64,000 nt of DNA from Candidatus Caccoplasma sp. (GTDB taxonomy: Bacteria; Bacteroidota; Bacteroidia; Bacteroidales; G3-4614), in assembly GCA_045613905.1 (NCBI GenBank), contig JAZLBW010000034.1:20715-84714 (forward strand), given 5' to 3'. Below are positions 31,362 through 42,738 of this stretch, piece after piece. Both the position numbers and the translations under genes were made by a program. Within the stretch, counting starts at the first letter, position 1; every line of letters starts with the position of its first letter. Under the pieces are notes generated by a model, which was given only the letters and a program-made list of their open reading frames with translations, ran no database searches and was not told where the DNA came from.

Positions 31362-33956
31362 TTAAACACCATTTTCAAAAATCAGTTCGTCGTTTGCGGC
31401 ATCTATGGTAATGGGCTTGTTCTTATCAACCTTTTGAGCAAGAAGCTCTTTGGAAAGGTGGTTAAGCACATCGCGGTGAATAACTCTCTTAACAGGTCTT
31501 GCTCCAAATTGGGGGTCGTAACCCTCGTGAGCAATAAACTTAACAGCCTCGGGGGTAAAGTTAAGGGTAATACCGTTTTGCGCCAACAGTTTTTTTACTC
31601 CGTTCAATTGAATCGAAACAATCTCTCCAATCTCAGCTTCGTTGAGAGGTGCAAACATTATGATGTCATCAATACGGTTTAGAAACTCAGGACGAACACT
31701 CTGTTTCAATAACTCCATCACTTCGTTTTTGCTCTTCTCGATAATCTCCTCTTTATTTGTGGAGTTAAGTTTTTCAAAGTTCTCACGAATAAGCGAAGAG
31801 CCAATATTCGATGTCATTATAATAATGGTATTCTTAAAGTTTACCAAACGCCCTTTGTTGTCTGTCAAACGGCCATCGTCGAGTACTTGAAGCAATGTAT
31901 TGAAAACATCGGGGTGAGCTTTCTCAATTTCATCGAAAAGCACGACTGAATATGGCTTTCTTCTAATGGCTTCGGTAAGTTGACCACCTTCGTCATATCC
32001 GACATATCCCGGAGGAGAACCTATGAGGCGGGTAACGCTGAATTTCTCTTGATACTCGCTCATGTCAATACGAGTCATCATATTCTCGTCGTCAAACAGA
32101 TATTCGGCAAGTGCCTTCGCAAGTTCAGTTTTACCAACACCGGTAGTGCCCAAAAATATAAATGAGCCTATCGGACGTTTGGGGTCGCTCAAACCGGCTC
32201 TGCTGCGTCTTACAGCATCCGAAACAGCGGTAATGGCCTCCTCTTGTCCAACCACTCTGTTGTGTAGCTCCTCCTCGAGATTTAAGAGTTTCTCTCTCTC
32301 GCTTTGCAACATCTTTGTAACAGGAATTCCTGTCCAACGCGAAACAACGTCTGCTATATCGTCTGCAGTAACCTCCTCTTTAATCATTGCATCATCTCCT
32401 TGCAGAGTTTTAAGACGTTCCTGAGTCTCTTTAATCTCATTCTCTTTAGCAACAATTTTTGCATATCTTATCTCTGCAACCTTACCATAGTCTCCTTCGC
32501 GTTCAGCCTTTTCAGCTTCGTATTTAAGATGCTCAATATCAATCTTGTTTTGTTGTATCTTGTTAACCAGCTCCTTCTCCGAGTTCCATTTCGCGCTATA
32601 ACGCATCTCCTCCTCTTTAAGGTTTGCAATAGAACGGTTTAGTTCTTCCAATTTATGCTTGTCGTTTTCGCGTTTAATAGCCTCTCGCTCAATTTCAAGT
32701 TGCTTAATTTTGCGACTTATCTCGTCAAGTTCTTCGGGAACCGAATCCACCTCCAAACGAAGTTTTGCAGCCGCCTCATCCATAAGGTCAATGGCTTTAT
32801 CGGGTAAAAAACGGTCGGTGATATAGCGTGACGATAGCTGAACGGCAGCAATGATAGCCTCGTCTTTAATCCTAACCTTGTGGTGATTCTCATAGCGTTC
32901 TTTTAAACCTCTTAAAATAGATATGGTGTTGGCTTCATCGGGTTCATCGACCATAACAATTTGGAAACGTCTCTCAAGAGCCTTGTCCTTTTCAAAATAT
33001 TTTTGGTATTCGTCAAGAGTGGTAGCACCAATCGAACGAAGTTCGCCACGCGCCAAAGCAGGTTTAAGAATGTTTGCCGCATCCATGGCACCCTCACCTT
33101 TACCTGCACCAACAAGAGTGTGAATTTCGTCTATAAACAAAATTATCTCACCCTCGGCATGAATAACTTCGTTTACAACAGCCTTAAGACGCTCTTCAAA
33201 TTCACCTTTGTATTTTGCTCCTGCAACAAGGGCTCCCATATCCAGCGAGAAAATCTCTTTTCTTTTAAGATTCTCGGGAACGTCTCCTCTTACAATTCTG
33301 TGGGCAAGACCTTCTGCAATAGCTGTTTTTCCCGTGCCTGGTTCTCCAATAAGAATAGGATTGTTTTTGGTTCTGCGGCTTAATATTTGCAGTACACGAC
33401 GGATTTCGTCATCTCTGCCAATAACAGGATCTAACTTGCCATCTCTTGCGCGTTCGTTTAAATTAATGGCATATTTCAATAGCGCATTATATGTCTCCTC
33501 TGCACTTGCATCATTAACCTTTTTCCCTTTTCTGAGCTCCTCAATGGCACTGCCAAGCCCCTTTTCTGTAACGCCTGCATCCTTCAAAAATTGGCTGACT
33601 CTGTTTTTTACCATAACCATAGACATAATTATGCTCTCCAAAGCAACAAATTGGTCGCCACATTTTTTAGAATACTCTTCGGCTTTGGTTAAAACCTCAT
33701 TACACTCACGGCTCAAATATGGTTCTCCACCATTAACCTTTGGCAAAGTATCAATCTCTCTATCTACCAAGTTTGTCAATAACGAGACATTTGCACCCAA
33801 TTTGTTAAAAAGGAATTCGGCAACAGAGCCTTCAATCCCCATAACACCTTTGAGCAGATGAAGAGTCTCTATAGACTGATTGTTGTTTCTGTTTGCAATC
33901 TCAACGGCTTTTTGAATAGCCTCTTGCGATTTAATTGTAAAGTTGTTCATATTCAT
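31362..33956 (-). CDS. clpB: ATP-dependent chaperone ClpB
   Basis: Two AAA+ modules ([16 protein letters not shown]), coiled-coil M domain, [16 protein letters not shown]. Confidence 0.97.
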   Translation of the reverse strand: MNMNNFTIKSQEAIQKAVEIANRNNNQSIETLHLLKGVMGIEGSVAEFLFNKLGANVSLLTNLVDREIDTLPKVNGGEPYLSRECNEVLTKAEEYSKKCGDQFVALESIIMSMVMVKNRVSQFLKDAGVTEKGLGSAIEELRKGKKVNDASAEETYNALLKYAINLNERARDGKLDPVIGRDDEIRRVLQILSRRTKNNPILIGEPGTGKTAIAEGLAHRIVRGDVPENLKRKEIFSLDMGALVAGAKYKGEFEERLKAVVNEVIHAEGEIILFIDEIHTLVGAGKGEGAMDAANILKPALARGELRSIGATTLDEYQKYFEKDKALERRFQIVMVDEPDEANTISILRGLKERYENHHKVRIKDEAIIAAVQLSSRYITDRFLPDKAIDLMDEAAAKLRLEVDSVPEELDEISRKIKQLEIEREAIKRENDKHKLEELNRSIANLKEEEMRYSAKWNSEKELVNKIQQNKIDIEHLKYEAEKAEREGDYGKVAEIRYAKIVAKENEIKETQERLKTLQGDDAMIKEEVTADDIADVVSRWTGIPVTKMLQSEREKLLNLEEELHNRVVGQEEAITAVSDAVRRSRAGLSDPKRPIGSFIFLGTTGVGKTELAKALAEYLFDDENMMTRIDMSEYQEKFSVTRLIGSPPGYVGYDEGGQLTEAIRRKPYSVVLFDEIEKAHPDVFNTLLQVLDDGRLTDNKGRLVNFKNTIIIMTSNIGSSLIRENFEKLNSTNKEEIIEKSKNEVMELLKQSVRPEFLNRIDDIIMFAPLNEAEIGEIVSIQLNGVKKLLAQNGITLNFTPEAVKFIAHEGYDPQFGARPVKRVIHRDVLNHLSKELLAQKVDKNKPITIDAANDELIFENGV

Positions 33957-34000
33957 AACTCAAATCTCCTTTCGGTAACAAATGTTTTTACTTCAATAAT

Positions 34001-34016
34001 AACAAACTAAATGCCA
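34001..34016 (-). promoter_or_regulatory. Possible sigma54-like -24/-12 promoter of clpB
   Basis: Minus strand TGGCATTTAGTTTGTT (GG-N10-GT versus consensus GG-N10-GC). Confidence 0.35.
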
Positions 34017-34245
34017 TTGGGTTTTTAAATGACAAAATGTCTGTTTTTCAGCTATTTATAATTAGAGGTTGTCAGTAATATTTTCAAAAGTCCTTGAAAT
34101 TTTGCAAGTTGCGTAACTGACAAAAAGACATGTTTTTGCTATTAAAAAAATAACAATGCGAGTTTACTTGCCTGTTGCTTAAAAAATAAATAGTTCAAAC
34201 ACTATATATTTCGCTCTCGTTTCACTATCTTTGCATAAGCGAAAA

Positions 34246-35403
34246 ATGTCAACTGACGACACAAATACACCTATGGAATTTGAACTGATAAAAAACGATA
34301 TATGCAGTAATGCAAGAGCAGGAGTGATAACCACATCTCATGGAAAAATTGAGACTCCCATATTTATGCCTGTAGGAACGGCGGCAACCGTAAAATGTTG
34401 TCATCGTCACGAATTGGAGGAGGATGTAAATGCCCCAATAATATTGGGAAATACATACCATCTATATCTTCGTCCGGGGCTTGATATATTACGAAGCGCA
34501 GGTGGCTTGCATGGATTTTCAGGGTGGAACAGAGCCATGCTTACCGATAGTGGAGGATTTCAAGTATTCTCACTTTCGGGTAATAGAAAATTAAAAGAGG
34601 AGGGAGTACACTTTCGCTCTCACATCGATGGAAGCAAGCACCTCTTTACGCCTGAAAACGTAGTTGACATTCAACGAGTGATAGGTGCAGATATAATGAT
34701 GGCATTGGATGAATGTACACCAGGAACTGCCGATTTCTCATATGCAAAAAAGTCGTTGGATTTAACCATGCGTTGGTTGCAACGAGGATGGAAACATTTC
34801 AACGAAACAGAGCCATTGTACGGCCATAGCCAAGCATTCTTTCCCATAGTACAAGGATGTGTATATCCCGAACTACGCCGTCGTGCAGCCGAGGAGGTTG
34901 CCGCGCTTGGAGCAGAGGGTAACGCCATTGGTGGATTGGCGGTTGGCGAGCCTGCCGAGCAGATGTATGAGATGATTGAGGTTGTAAACGAAATACTACC
35001 CAAAGATAAACCTCGTTACCTTATGGGAGTAGGAACACCCGCCAACATACTTGAAGGAATAGAGCGAGGAGTGGATATGTTTGATTGTGTTATGCCAACC
35101 CGTAACGGACGCAACGCAATGCTCTTTACTCGCAACGGAATAATGAATATGCGAAATAAAAAGTGGGCAACCGACTTCTCACCAATAGAGGAGGGAGGAG
35201 CATCATATGTTGATGAAGCATATACAAAAGCCTATCTCCGTCACCTATTCATAAGCGATGAGTTCTTGGCAATGCAGATAGCATCGTTACACAATTTGGC
35301 ATTCTATCTATGGTTGGTTCGCGAGGCACGTTGTCAAATCCTTGCAGGAACATTCAAGCAATGGAAAGACGAGATGGTGGTAAGAGTAACAACAAGACTA
35401 TAA
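34246..35403 (+). CDS. tgt: tRNA-guanine transglycosylase
   Basis: TPIFMPVGT, LGNTYHL, TDSGGFQVFSL, GGLAVGE, DMFDCVMPTRNGRN; TATCTTTG -7 box at 34226-34233 argues against the TTG start at 34231; ATG 34273 also possible. Confidence 0.96.
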   Translation: MSTDDTNTPMEFELIKNDICSNARAGVITTSHGKIETPIFMPVGTAATVKCCHRHELEEDVNAPIILGNTYHLYLRPGLDILRSAGGLHGFSGWNRAMLTDSGGFQVFSLSGNRKLKEEGVHFRSHIDGSKHLFTPENVVDIQRVIGADIMMALDECTPGTADFSYAKKSLDLTMRWLQRGWKHFNETEPLYGHSQAFFPIVQGCVYPELRRRAAEEVAALGAEGNAIGGLAVGEPAEQMYEMIEVVNEILPKDKPRYLMGVGTPANILEGIERGVDMFDCVMPTRNGRNAMLFTRNGIMNMRNKKWATDFSPIEEGGASYVDEAYTKAYLRHLFISDEFLAMQIASLHNLAFYLWLVREARCQILAGTFKQWKDEMVVRVTTRL

Positions 35404-35419
35404 AACAACTCTTTTACTT

Positions 35420-36490
35420 ATGCTTAAGAAAATCGACTTTTACATAATAAAGAAGTTTTTAGGAACATACATATTTGCAATCCTATTGATAATATCTATT
35501 GCAGTGGTGTTTGATATAAATGAGAAAATCGACGACTTTATAAATGCACCACTTAAAGAGATAATATTTGATTATTATGTAAACTTTATACCCTACTATG
35601 CAAATCTGTTCAGTCAGTTGTTCACCTTTATCGCGGTAATATTCTTTACATCGAAATTAGCCGACAATTCTGAAATAATAGCAATATTGTCAAGTGGAAT
35701 AAGTTTTAAGCGACTCATGGTGCCATACATGGTGTCGGCTGCCATAATATCATCGTTGACATTTACGCTAAACAGTTTTATCATACCACCGGCAAACAAA
35801 ACCAGAATAGAATTTCAGAACAAATATGTATCAAATAAAAAGGTCGATTATGCCGCCAATGTGCAGTTGCAAGTATCGCCCGGAGTCATAGCATACATAA
35901 ACCGATATGACGATAACCTCAAAACAGGCTATCGCTTTTCAATGGAAAAATTCGAAGGAAAAAGCCTGAAATCAAAACTAACAGCAGAGTCAATACGTTA
36001 TGATAGTGCATACCATTGGATTGCGCGCAACTACACAATACGCGATTTTGATGGAATGGAGGAGACCTTCCGAAAAGGCACACGTTTAGATACAATCATA
36101 ACAATAGCACCGTCCGACTTCTTGATATCGCGTTATGATGCCGAACTTATGACAACTCCCGAACTTTACCAATACATTGAAAAACAAAAAGAGCGAGGGG
36201 CATCAAACGTAAAACCCTTTCAAATAGAGTATGAAGGACGCATAGCATCCATATTTGCCGCATTCATATTAACATCAATAGGAATGTCGCTATCCTCACG
36301 AAAAGTAAAAGGAGGAATGGGAGTGAACATAGGAATAGGACTGATATTGAGTTTTACATACATCATGTTTTCAACCATATCATCAACCTTCGCAACCAAT
36401 GGTGACATGTCTCCGCGATTTGCGGTGTGGTTGCCCAACATACTATATATAATAATAGCCATTTATCTCTACACAAAAGCACCCAAATAG
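35420..36490 (+). CDS. LptF/LptG family LPS export permease
   Basis: NSEIIAILSSGISFKR, 3+3 TM layout, AVWLPN. Confidence 0.9.
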   Translation: MLKKIDFYIIKKFLGTYIFAILLIISIAVVFDINEKIDDFINAPLKEIIFDYYVNFIPYYANLFSQLFTFIAVIFFTSKLADNSEIIAILSSGISFKRLMVPYMVSAAIISSLTFTLNSFIIPPANKTRIEFQNKYVSNKKVDYAANVQLQVSPGVIAYINRYDDNLKTGYRFSMEKFEGKSLKSKLTAESIRYDSAYHWIARNYTIRDFDGMEETFRKGTRLDTIITIAPSDFLISRYDAELMTTPELYQYIEKQKERGASNVKPFQIEYEGRIASIFAAFILTSIGMSLSSRKVKGGMGVNIGIGLILSFTYIMFSTISSTFATNGDMSPRFAVWLPNILYIIIAIYLYTKAPK

Positions 36491-36583
36491 CGAATATTAA
36501 AAAAACAAACAATAAAAAACAAGGCAAATATTTGTTTTTAAATATCTTTTGTTGTAAAATTGTAACCCCAAAATAAAAACACA

Positions 36584-37717
36584 GTGTCAAAGAGAATACA
36601 CGTAATATCATTTCAAGTACCTTATCCTGCCGATTACGGAGGAGTAATAGATGTCTATTATAAGGTAAAAGCATTAAAGGATGCAGGATACAAAGTAGCC
36701 TTGCACTGCTTTGCCTATAAGGGAAGAAAAGATTCTCCATCGTTGCACAACATTGCCGATGAAGTATATATCTACAAGCGCAACACCTGTGTTTTAAATC
36801 GAATGTTGTTAAAACCCTATATCGTAAAGAGTCGTCAATCAAAAGAGCTGTTGGAACGTCTATTGCAAGATAACGACCCTATACTATTCGAAGGACTACA
36901 CACAACACATCTTCTATCATCGCCACTGTTAAAAGATCGCAAGAAATTTGTAAGAGCCCACAACATCGAGGGAGAGTATTACAAATATTTGGCAGATGCG
37001 ACAGTATCGATGAAGAAAAAATTCTTCTTTAATTGGGAATCTCGAAGATTACAACGATACGAAAAAGTATTGAGCAATGCCGATGTAATCTTTGCAATAA
37101 CCGAGAAAGAAAAAAGATATTTCACTACAACATATCCAAATGTAACAACCGAGTTGTTGCCATGTTTCCATAATGGAGCTGAAGACAGTGTCGCAACATC
37201 GCAACGCGGAGCAGGCAACTATCTGTTGTATAACGGAAACTTAAGTGTAGAGGAGAATCTTAATGCAGTCTATTTCTTGGCAGAGAGAGTAATACCATCA
37301 TTCCCTGAAGTAAAATGGATTATAGCAGGCGGAAATCCCCCAAAAGAGTTGTATGAAGTTGTACAAGCAATGGATAATGTGGAGATAATAGCCAATCCAT
37401 CATCAAGCAAAATGTCAGCGCTAATAACCGAGGCGGCGGCAAATGTTCTTATAACCTTCCAATCGACAGGAATAAAACTCAAACTGATCAATGCCCTATA
37501 CAAAGGAGGACACTGTATCGTAAACGACAAAATGATTGAAAGCACAGGACTTAAAGAGGTTTGTATGGTGACACACTCCGACAAAGATTTGATAGATACA
37601 ATCAAAAAGGCTCTATCGCAAAAAATTACCGATGAGGAGTTGGCACTTCGTAAAGAGGTATTACACCAAAGCTACGACAATGACGAGAACATAAAGATAC
37701 TTACTAAGTACCTTTAG
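36584..37717 (+). CDS. GT-B glycosyltransferase (GT4-like)
   Basis: PYPADYGGVIDVYYK, RAHNIE, TGIKLKLINAL. Confidence 0.8.
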   Translation: MSKRIHVISFQVPYPADYGGVIDVYYKVKALKDAGYKVALHCFAYKGRKDSPSLHNIADEVYIYKRNTCVLNRMLLKPYIVKSRQSKELLERLLQDNDPILFEGLHTTHLLSSPLLKDRKKFVRAHNIEGEYYKYLADATVSMKKKFFFNWESRRLQRYEKVLSNADVIFAITEKEKRYFTTTYPNVTTELLPCFHNGAEDSVATSQRGAGNYLLYNGNLSVEENLNAVYFLAERVIPSFPEVKWIIAGGNPPKELYEVVQAMDNVEIIANPSSSKMSALITEAAANVLITFQSTGIKLKLINALYKGGHCIVNDKMIESTGLKEVCMVTHSDKDLIDTIKKALSQKITDEELALRKEVLHQSYDNDENIKILTKYL

Positions 37718-37812
37718 TTTTTAATTAGGAATTAGTGTGGTGCTTCGCACCAATTAGAAATTAGGAATGTTTTTAATTTCTAATTCATAATTCCTAACTC
37801 CTAATTCCTAAT
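37717..37812. repeat. Inverted heptamer arrays with a GGTGC-TTC-GCACC mini-hairpin
   Basis: aattagg/aattaga units followed by aatttct/aattcat/aattcct units, filling the gap between convergent genes. Confidence 0.75.
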
Positions 37813-39273
37813 TCATTTAAGAGGGCTATTCTCCAAAATACCGAGTAGGAAGTTCCAAAATTTTTCAACCGAAGCAATTTCTACTCTCTCGTCAGGAGAG
37901 TGGGGATGAAGCATATTGGGACCAATGGAAATCATATCCATTTTGGGGTATATCGACGAAATGACACCGCACTCCAAACCGGCATGCATCACTTTAGTTT
38001 TAAGCTCATCACCAAAACATTGTTTATAAAAATCCTTTGCAATGTTTAAAATAGGAGAGTTCAAGTTAGGTGCCCACGAGGGATAATCACCAAACAATTC
38101 AATCTCTGCATCAACAAGAGAAAACAGACTCCACAATTTTGAAATATAGTTGTATTTTCGGCTTGCCATGGTCGAACGAACCAAAATATGAACCCAAGCA
38201 ACACCATCATTGCAGCAAACCACAGCTAAATTCGAAGAGGTCTCAACCGTATCCTCAAAACCTGGAATCATTCGCTCCATACCATCAGGAGCAGCCTCAA
38301 TAACATTAATAAATTTTCTTTGAAAATCAACAGGAAGAATACCCTTTGGCATATCCACCTCTTCGCACATTAAGGTAATGTTGCTTTCAATAAGATTATA
38401 TTCGTGACGGAACAGCTTTTTAAAAAGAGCCACCTCCTTAATAAAATCATCGCAGAATCTATCCTCTATGACAACCACCGTTTCGGCACTGCGGGGAATA
38501 GCATTTCGAGTATCACCTCCATTAAATTCTGCAATTCTCGCATTGTATGACTGAGAAATAAAATTCAAGAAACGGAATAGCAACTTATTTGCATTAGCTC
38601 TGCCTCTGTGAATGTCAACACCCGAGTGACCACCACTCAAACCCTTCAACGTCAATTTATATGCCTTACCTTCAATATTGCAAACCTCATTAATGTAGTT
38701 TAGAGTGGCTTTAAAGTCAATACCACCTGCACACCCGATAAAGGCAGAGTCATCCTCTTCCGAGTCGGTATTAATCATAATGGAGTGTTTCAACAACTCT
38801 TTATCCAAAAGAGCGGCTCCCTCCATACCACACTCCTCATCAAGAGTAAAGAGAGCCTCAATCTCGGGGTGAACAATAGATGAGTCATCTAAAATTGCCA
38901 AAATAGCAGCAACACCAATGCCGTTGTCTGCACCTAACGAAGTATCTACAGCCCTAACCCAACCATTGTCAACAAACAAAGTTAAGGGGTCGTTATAGAA
39001 GTTGTGCGAGGAGTTAAGCCTCTTTTGTCCCACCATATCAATATGAGCCTGAATGATAACTCCCGCTCTCTTCTCCATTCCATTTGACGCAGATTTATAA
39101 ACAACAATATTACCTGTGTTATCTTTAGAATAACGCAACCCTCTCTCTTTGGCAAATTCAACAATATATTCCGAAATCTTTTCAAGATTATGCGAAGTGT
39201 GCGGAATTTTACAAATGTCATAAAAAAACTTCCACACGCAAGTGGGTTTAAGCGGTAAAATCTGTTCTTTCAT
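37813..39273 (-). CDS. pepD: Aminoacyl-histidine dipeptidase (peptidase D, M20C)
   Basis: QAHIDMV, LGADNGIG, DEECGMEGA, NTDSEE, GGHSGVDI, HAGLECG, PHSPDE. Confidence 0.92.
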   Translation of the reverse strand: MKEQILPLKPTCVWKFFYDICKIPHTSHNLEKISEYIVEFAKERGLRYSKDNTGNIVVYKSASNGMEKRAGVIIQAHIDMVGQKRLNSSHNFYNDPLTLFVDNGWVRAVDTSLGADNGIGVAAILAILDDSSIVHPEIEALFTLDEECGMEGAALLDKELLKHSIMINTDSEEDDSAFIGCAGGIDFKATLNYINEVCNIEGKAYKLTLKGLSGGHSGVDIHRGRANANKLLFRFLNFISQSYNARIAEFNGGDTRNAIPRSAETVVVIEDRFCDDFIKEVALFKKLFRHEYNLIESNITLMCEEVDMPKGILPVDFQRKFINVIEAAPDGMERMIPGFEDTVETSSNLAVVCCNDGVAWVHILVRSTMASRKYNYISKLWSLFSLVDAEIELFGDYPSWAPNLNSPILNIAKDFYKQCFGDELKTKVMHAGLECGVISSIYPKMDMISIGPNMLHPHSPDERVEIASVEKFWNFLLGILENSPLK

Positions 39274-39397
39274 AAACAATACTAAGAGTAAGGCTAAAAT
39301 ATCAAAAGGGTTGTGTGAATATACAAAATAGTAACAGAACGCATATATTCCTATAGAACAGTAACAACCATTCTTCAGAAAAGTTCATTCAAAATCA

Positions 39398-40402
39398 CTA
39401 TAATTTCAAACTATTTTTAGAGGTGTTTCTCTTATCAAGAGATATAGCAACAAAGGTATATATACCCATAACAATGGTCATGATAAGTTGAGCGCCATGA
39501 GCCACAAGGGCAAAAGCACCTGCGGTATCCTCATTCAAACCATAAAGAGTCAAAATGCAAATAACCGCCCAATGCCAAGGACCAATACCACCTTGAACAG
39601 GTAATCCCATTCCTATGCTACCAAACAAAAAGGCAGAGAAAGCACAAACAATACCAAGCGATTCGGTCTGTTTAAAGGCAAAAAAGCAGACATACAACTC
39701 AACAAAATATGCCCCCCACATCAAAACAGTGTAAAATAGGAATAACCATTTATCTCTCATCTGAAAAATGGTTTTAAACCCATTAATCAAGTTGTCGAAC
39801 AACCCCTTAATCTTGACAATAACCGAGTTGTTGCTTTTATATTTGAAAAGAAAAATAAGCCCAATAACACCGGCTGCAATAACGCAGTATAGCAGGGGCG
39901 AAGAAACAATCTTAACAACAGAATCCATAATGATAGGTTGTTGGCTCAAAAGTTCCATAACCATATCAAACTGCAAAAAGAAAGTAACAATGGTAATTGT
40001 GGCAACGGTAAGAGTATCTGTTACACGTTCCGAAATCATAGAACCAACCACTTTCACAAACGATTGATTTTCGCTGTGAGCAACATAACCGCAACGCCAC
40101 ACTTCGCCCATGCGAGGAAAAATAAGATTAACAGCATAGGTGCCAAAAATGGCGTTAACCAAAACTCTCATGGGAGGGTTTGCCGGCAGAGCTTTAAGTT
40201 GCAATTTCCAACGTGCAGCTCTAACAAAATGGCTCAACATACCAATAATGCCCGAAAGCAGAATCCACCAATAGTTAATGTCATATTGAAGAATCTTTCC
40301 AACCTCGTTCATATCCATTTTGCTATAGACATACCAAAACAAACCAAGTCCAAAAGCAAGCGGAATAATAAATTTGAATATATAAGATACTATTCGTTTC
40401 AA
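39398..40402 (-). CDS. Lysylphosphatidylglycerol synthase TM-domain (UPF0104) protein
   Basis: RAARWKL, PRMGEVWRC, PVQGGIGPWH, multiple TM; adjacent to rsmA as in Bacteroides. Confidence 0.85.
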   Translation of the reverse strand: MKRIVSYIFKFIIPLAFGLGLFWYVYSKMDMNEVGKILQYDINYWWILLSGIIGMLSHFVRAARWKLQLKALPANPPMRVLVNAIFGTYAVNLIFPRMGEVWRCGYVAHSENQSFVKVVGSMISERVTDTLTVATITIVTFFLQFDMVMELLSQQPIIMDSVVKIVSSPLLYCVIAAGVIGLIFLFKYKSNNSVIVKIKGLFDNLINGFKTIFQMRDKWLFLFYTVLMWGAYFVELYVCFFAFKQTESLGIVCAFSAFLFGSIGMGLPVQGGIGPWHWAVICILTLYGLNEDTAGAFALVAHGAQLIMTIVMGIYTFVAISLDKRNTSKNSLKL

Positions 40403-40543
40403 TTTTTTGAGAATTTAATTATCTTTGCGATATTGTACTTTCAATATAAAAACCAAAATCGGTTACAAAGGTAACCTTTTTGCAGCTAAACGAAGGTATA
40501 ATAAAACAAAAATATAGGGTAAAAGCAGTAAAAATAATTCATA

Positions 40544-41332
40544 ATGGCAAAGTTGGTACGCCCAAAGAAGAGTTTAGGACAACATTTTCTAACCGACCTC
40601 GACATAGCGCGACGAATAGCGGAAACCCTCTCCGAATACAAGGGAATGCCCATATTGGAAGTGGGGCCCGGAATGGGAGTGTTGACACAGTATCTGTTGG
40701 CGGAGGAGCATGATGTGACAGTAGTGGAGATAGATACCGAGTCGGTGGCATATCTAAACAAAAACTTTCCGCAACTATCGGGGAGAATCGTGGAGGGCGA
40801 CTTCTTGCAGATGAACTTGGCAAAGGAGTTTGGTAAAAACCTATGCGTAATCGGAAACTATCCCTACAACATATCAAGTCAAATATTTTTCAAAGTATTA
40901 GACTACAAAGACATGATACCCTGTTGCAGCGGAATGATACAAAAAGAGGTAGCCGAACGATTGGCGGCAAAACCGGGTAGCAAAACATACGGAATACTTT
41001 CGGTATTGATGCAGGCATGGTACAACGTAGAGTACCTGTTTACCGTATCAGAACACGTATTTAACCCGCCACCAAAAGTAAAATCGGCGGTAATACGCAT
41101 GACGCGTAACGATGTCACGGAATTGGGCTGTAACGAGCAGCTATTCAAACGAATAGTAAAAACAGCCTTCAACCAACGCCGAAAAACAATGCGAAACTCG
41201 TTAAAATCAATCATAGAGCCGGGTTCGCCAATATTGGCAAACGAAGTATTCAATCTTCGCCCCGAACAAATATCAGTAGCTCAATTCATTGAACTAACAA
41301 ATGAGATAGAGAAGCATATCGTTAACCCATAA
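40544..41332 (+). CDS. rsmA: 16S rRNA A1518/A1519 dimethyltransferase
   Basis: PKKSLGQHFL, EVGPGMG, GNYPYNISS, FNPPPKVKS, AFNQRRK. Confidence 0.97.
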   Translation: MAKLVRPKKSLGQHFLTDLDIARRIAETLSEYKGMPILEVGPGMGVLTQYLLAEEHDVTVVEIDTESVAYLNKNFPQLSGRIVEGDFLQMNLAKEFGKNLCVIGNYPYNISSQIFFKVLDYKDMIPCCSGMIQKEVAERLAAKPGSKTYGILSVLMQAWYNVEYLFTVSEHVFNPPPKVKSAVIRMTRNDVTELGCNEQLFKRIVKTAFNQRRKTMRNSLKSIIEPGSPILANEVFNLRPEQISVAQFIELTNEIEKHIVNP

Positions 41333-41343
41333 AACAATTGACG

Positions 41344-42693
41344 ATGATAGAACTATCACCAGAATATCTAAAAGAGATAAAAGATATAATAGAAGAGAAG
41401 AATATCGACAAGATAAAGGATTTGTTAAAAGACCTTCACCCTGCCGATATAGCCGAGATATACCAAGAGTTAAGTATCGAAGAGGCCAAGTTCATATACA
41501 ATCTTCTTAAACCTGAAATAGCTGCAGAGGTTTTGATGGAGTTGGAAGAAGACGACCGTCAAAAACTTTTGAAGCACGTATCAAACGAAGAGATTGCACA
41601 CCAAGTCATCGAGCAGTTGGATACAGACGATGCCGTAGATCTTATCCGAGAGATGGATGAGGAGGACCAAGAGGAGATTTTGGCGCACATCGATGACGTA
41701 GAGCAGGCAGGAGATATTGTCGATCTTTTGAAATACGATGAAGACACAGCCGGAGGATTAATGGGTACCGAGATGGTAATCGTTAATGAAAACTGGAGTA
41801 TGCCTGAGTGTTTGAAGGAGATGCGAAAACAGGCAGAAGAGATGGACGAAATCTACTATGTATATGTAGTGGACGATGACCACAAGCTAAAAGGCGTATT
41901 CCCATTAAAGAAGATAATCACACACCAATCGGTAGCCAAGATAAAACACGTAATGAAGCGTGAACCCATATCGTTGCATGCCGATACCCCAATAGAAGAA
42001 GTAGCGCAAGCCTTCGAAAAATATAACCTTGTGGCAATGCCCGTAATCGACAGTATCGGACGATTGGTTGGACGAATCACCGTCGATGATATCATGGACG
42101 AGGTTCGCGAGCAATCAGAACGTGAATACCAATTGGCATCAGGTATCTCGCAAGACGTTGAAGTTGACGACAGCGTCTTCACGCAAACACGAGCGCGTTT
42201 ACCATGGCTGATAATAGGAATATTCGGAGGATTGTTAAACTCAATAATGCTTGGATCGTTTGAAGACGGATTTGCCGTAAATCCGGCCATAGCACTATTC
42301 ATTCCATTGATTGCAGGAACAGCAGGAAACGTAGGAGTACAATCATCGGCAATCATCGTACAAGGTTTGGCAAACGGATCGTTAGACCTCCGCAATGCAG
42401 GAACACAAATCCTAAAAGAGTTGGGAGTATCGTTAATCAATGCAAGTATAATAGCATTGATAACTTTCGGATTCAATATCTTTATGGGAATCCCAGGCGA
42501 CCTAACCGTATCGGTAAGCCTATCGCTATTTGTAGTAGTAATCTTTGCATCAATCTTCGGAACAATGGTGCCAATAACATTAGAGCGACTAAAAATTGAC
42601 CCGGCCATTGCAACAGGACCCTTTATAACAACAACCAACGACATTGTCGGATTGCTGATATATATGCTCTGTTGTACAATGATGATGGCATAG
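41344..42693 (+). CDS. mgtE: Magnesium transporter MgtE
   Basis: HPADIAE, TAGGLM CBS pair, RLPWL, GNVGVQ, DPAIATGPFITTTND. Confidence 0.95.
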   Translation: MIELSPEYLKEIKDIIEEKNIDKIKDLLKDLHPADIAEIYQELSIEEAKFIYNLLKPEIAAEVLMELEEDDRQKLLKHVSNEEIAHQVIEQLDTDDAVDLIREMDEEDQEEILAHIDDVEQAGDIVDLLKYDEDTAGGLMGTEMVIVNENWSMPECLKEMRKQAEEMDEIYYVYVVDDDHKLKGVFPLKKIITHQSVAKIKHVMKREPISLHADTPIEEVAQAFEKYNLVAMPVIDSIGRLVGRITVDDIMDEVREQSEREYQLASGISQDVEVDDSVFTQTRARLPWLIIGIFGGLLNSIMLGSFEDGFAVNPAIALFIPLIAGTAGNVGVQSSAIIVQGLANGSLDLRNAGTQILKELGVSLINASIIALITFGFNIFMGIPGDLTVSVSLSLFVVVIFASIFGTMVPITLERLKIDPAIATGPFITTTNDIVGLLIYMLCCTMMMA

Positions 42694-42738
42694 ACAAACA
42701 TAAAACACAATATCACTAACCCTAAAAAAAAGAAAATT

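Noticed and set aside
41856-42716. Long antisense ORFs (41856-42716, 58353-59090, 59888-60760, 33208-33861 and similar)
   Set aside because: They are shadows of well-supported genes on the opposite strand and have no recognisable motifs.
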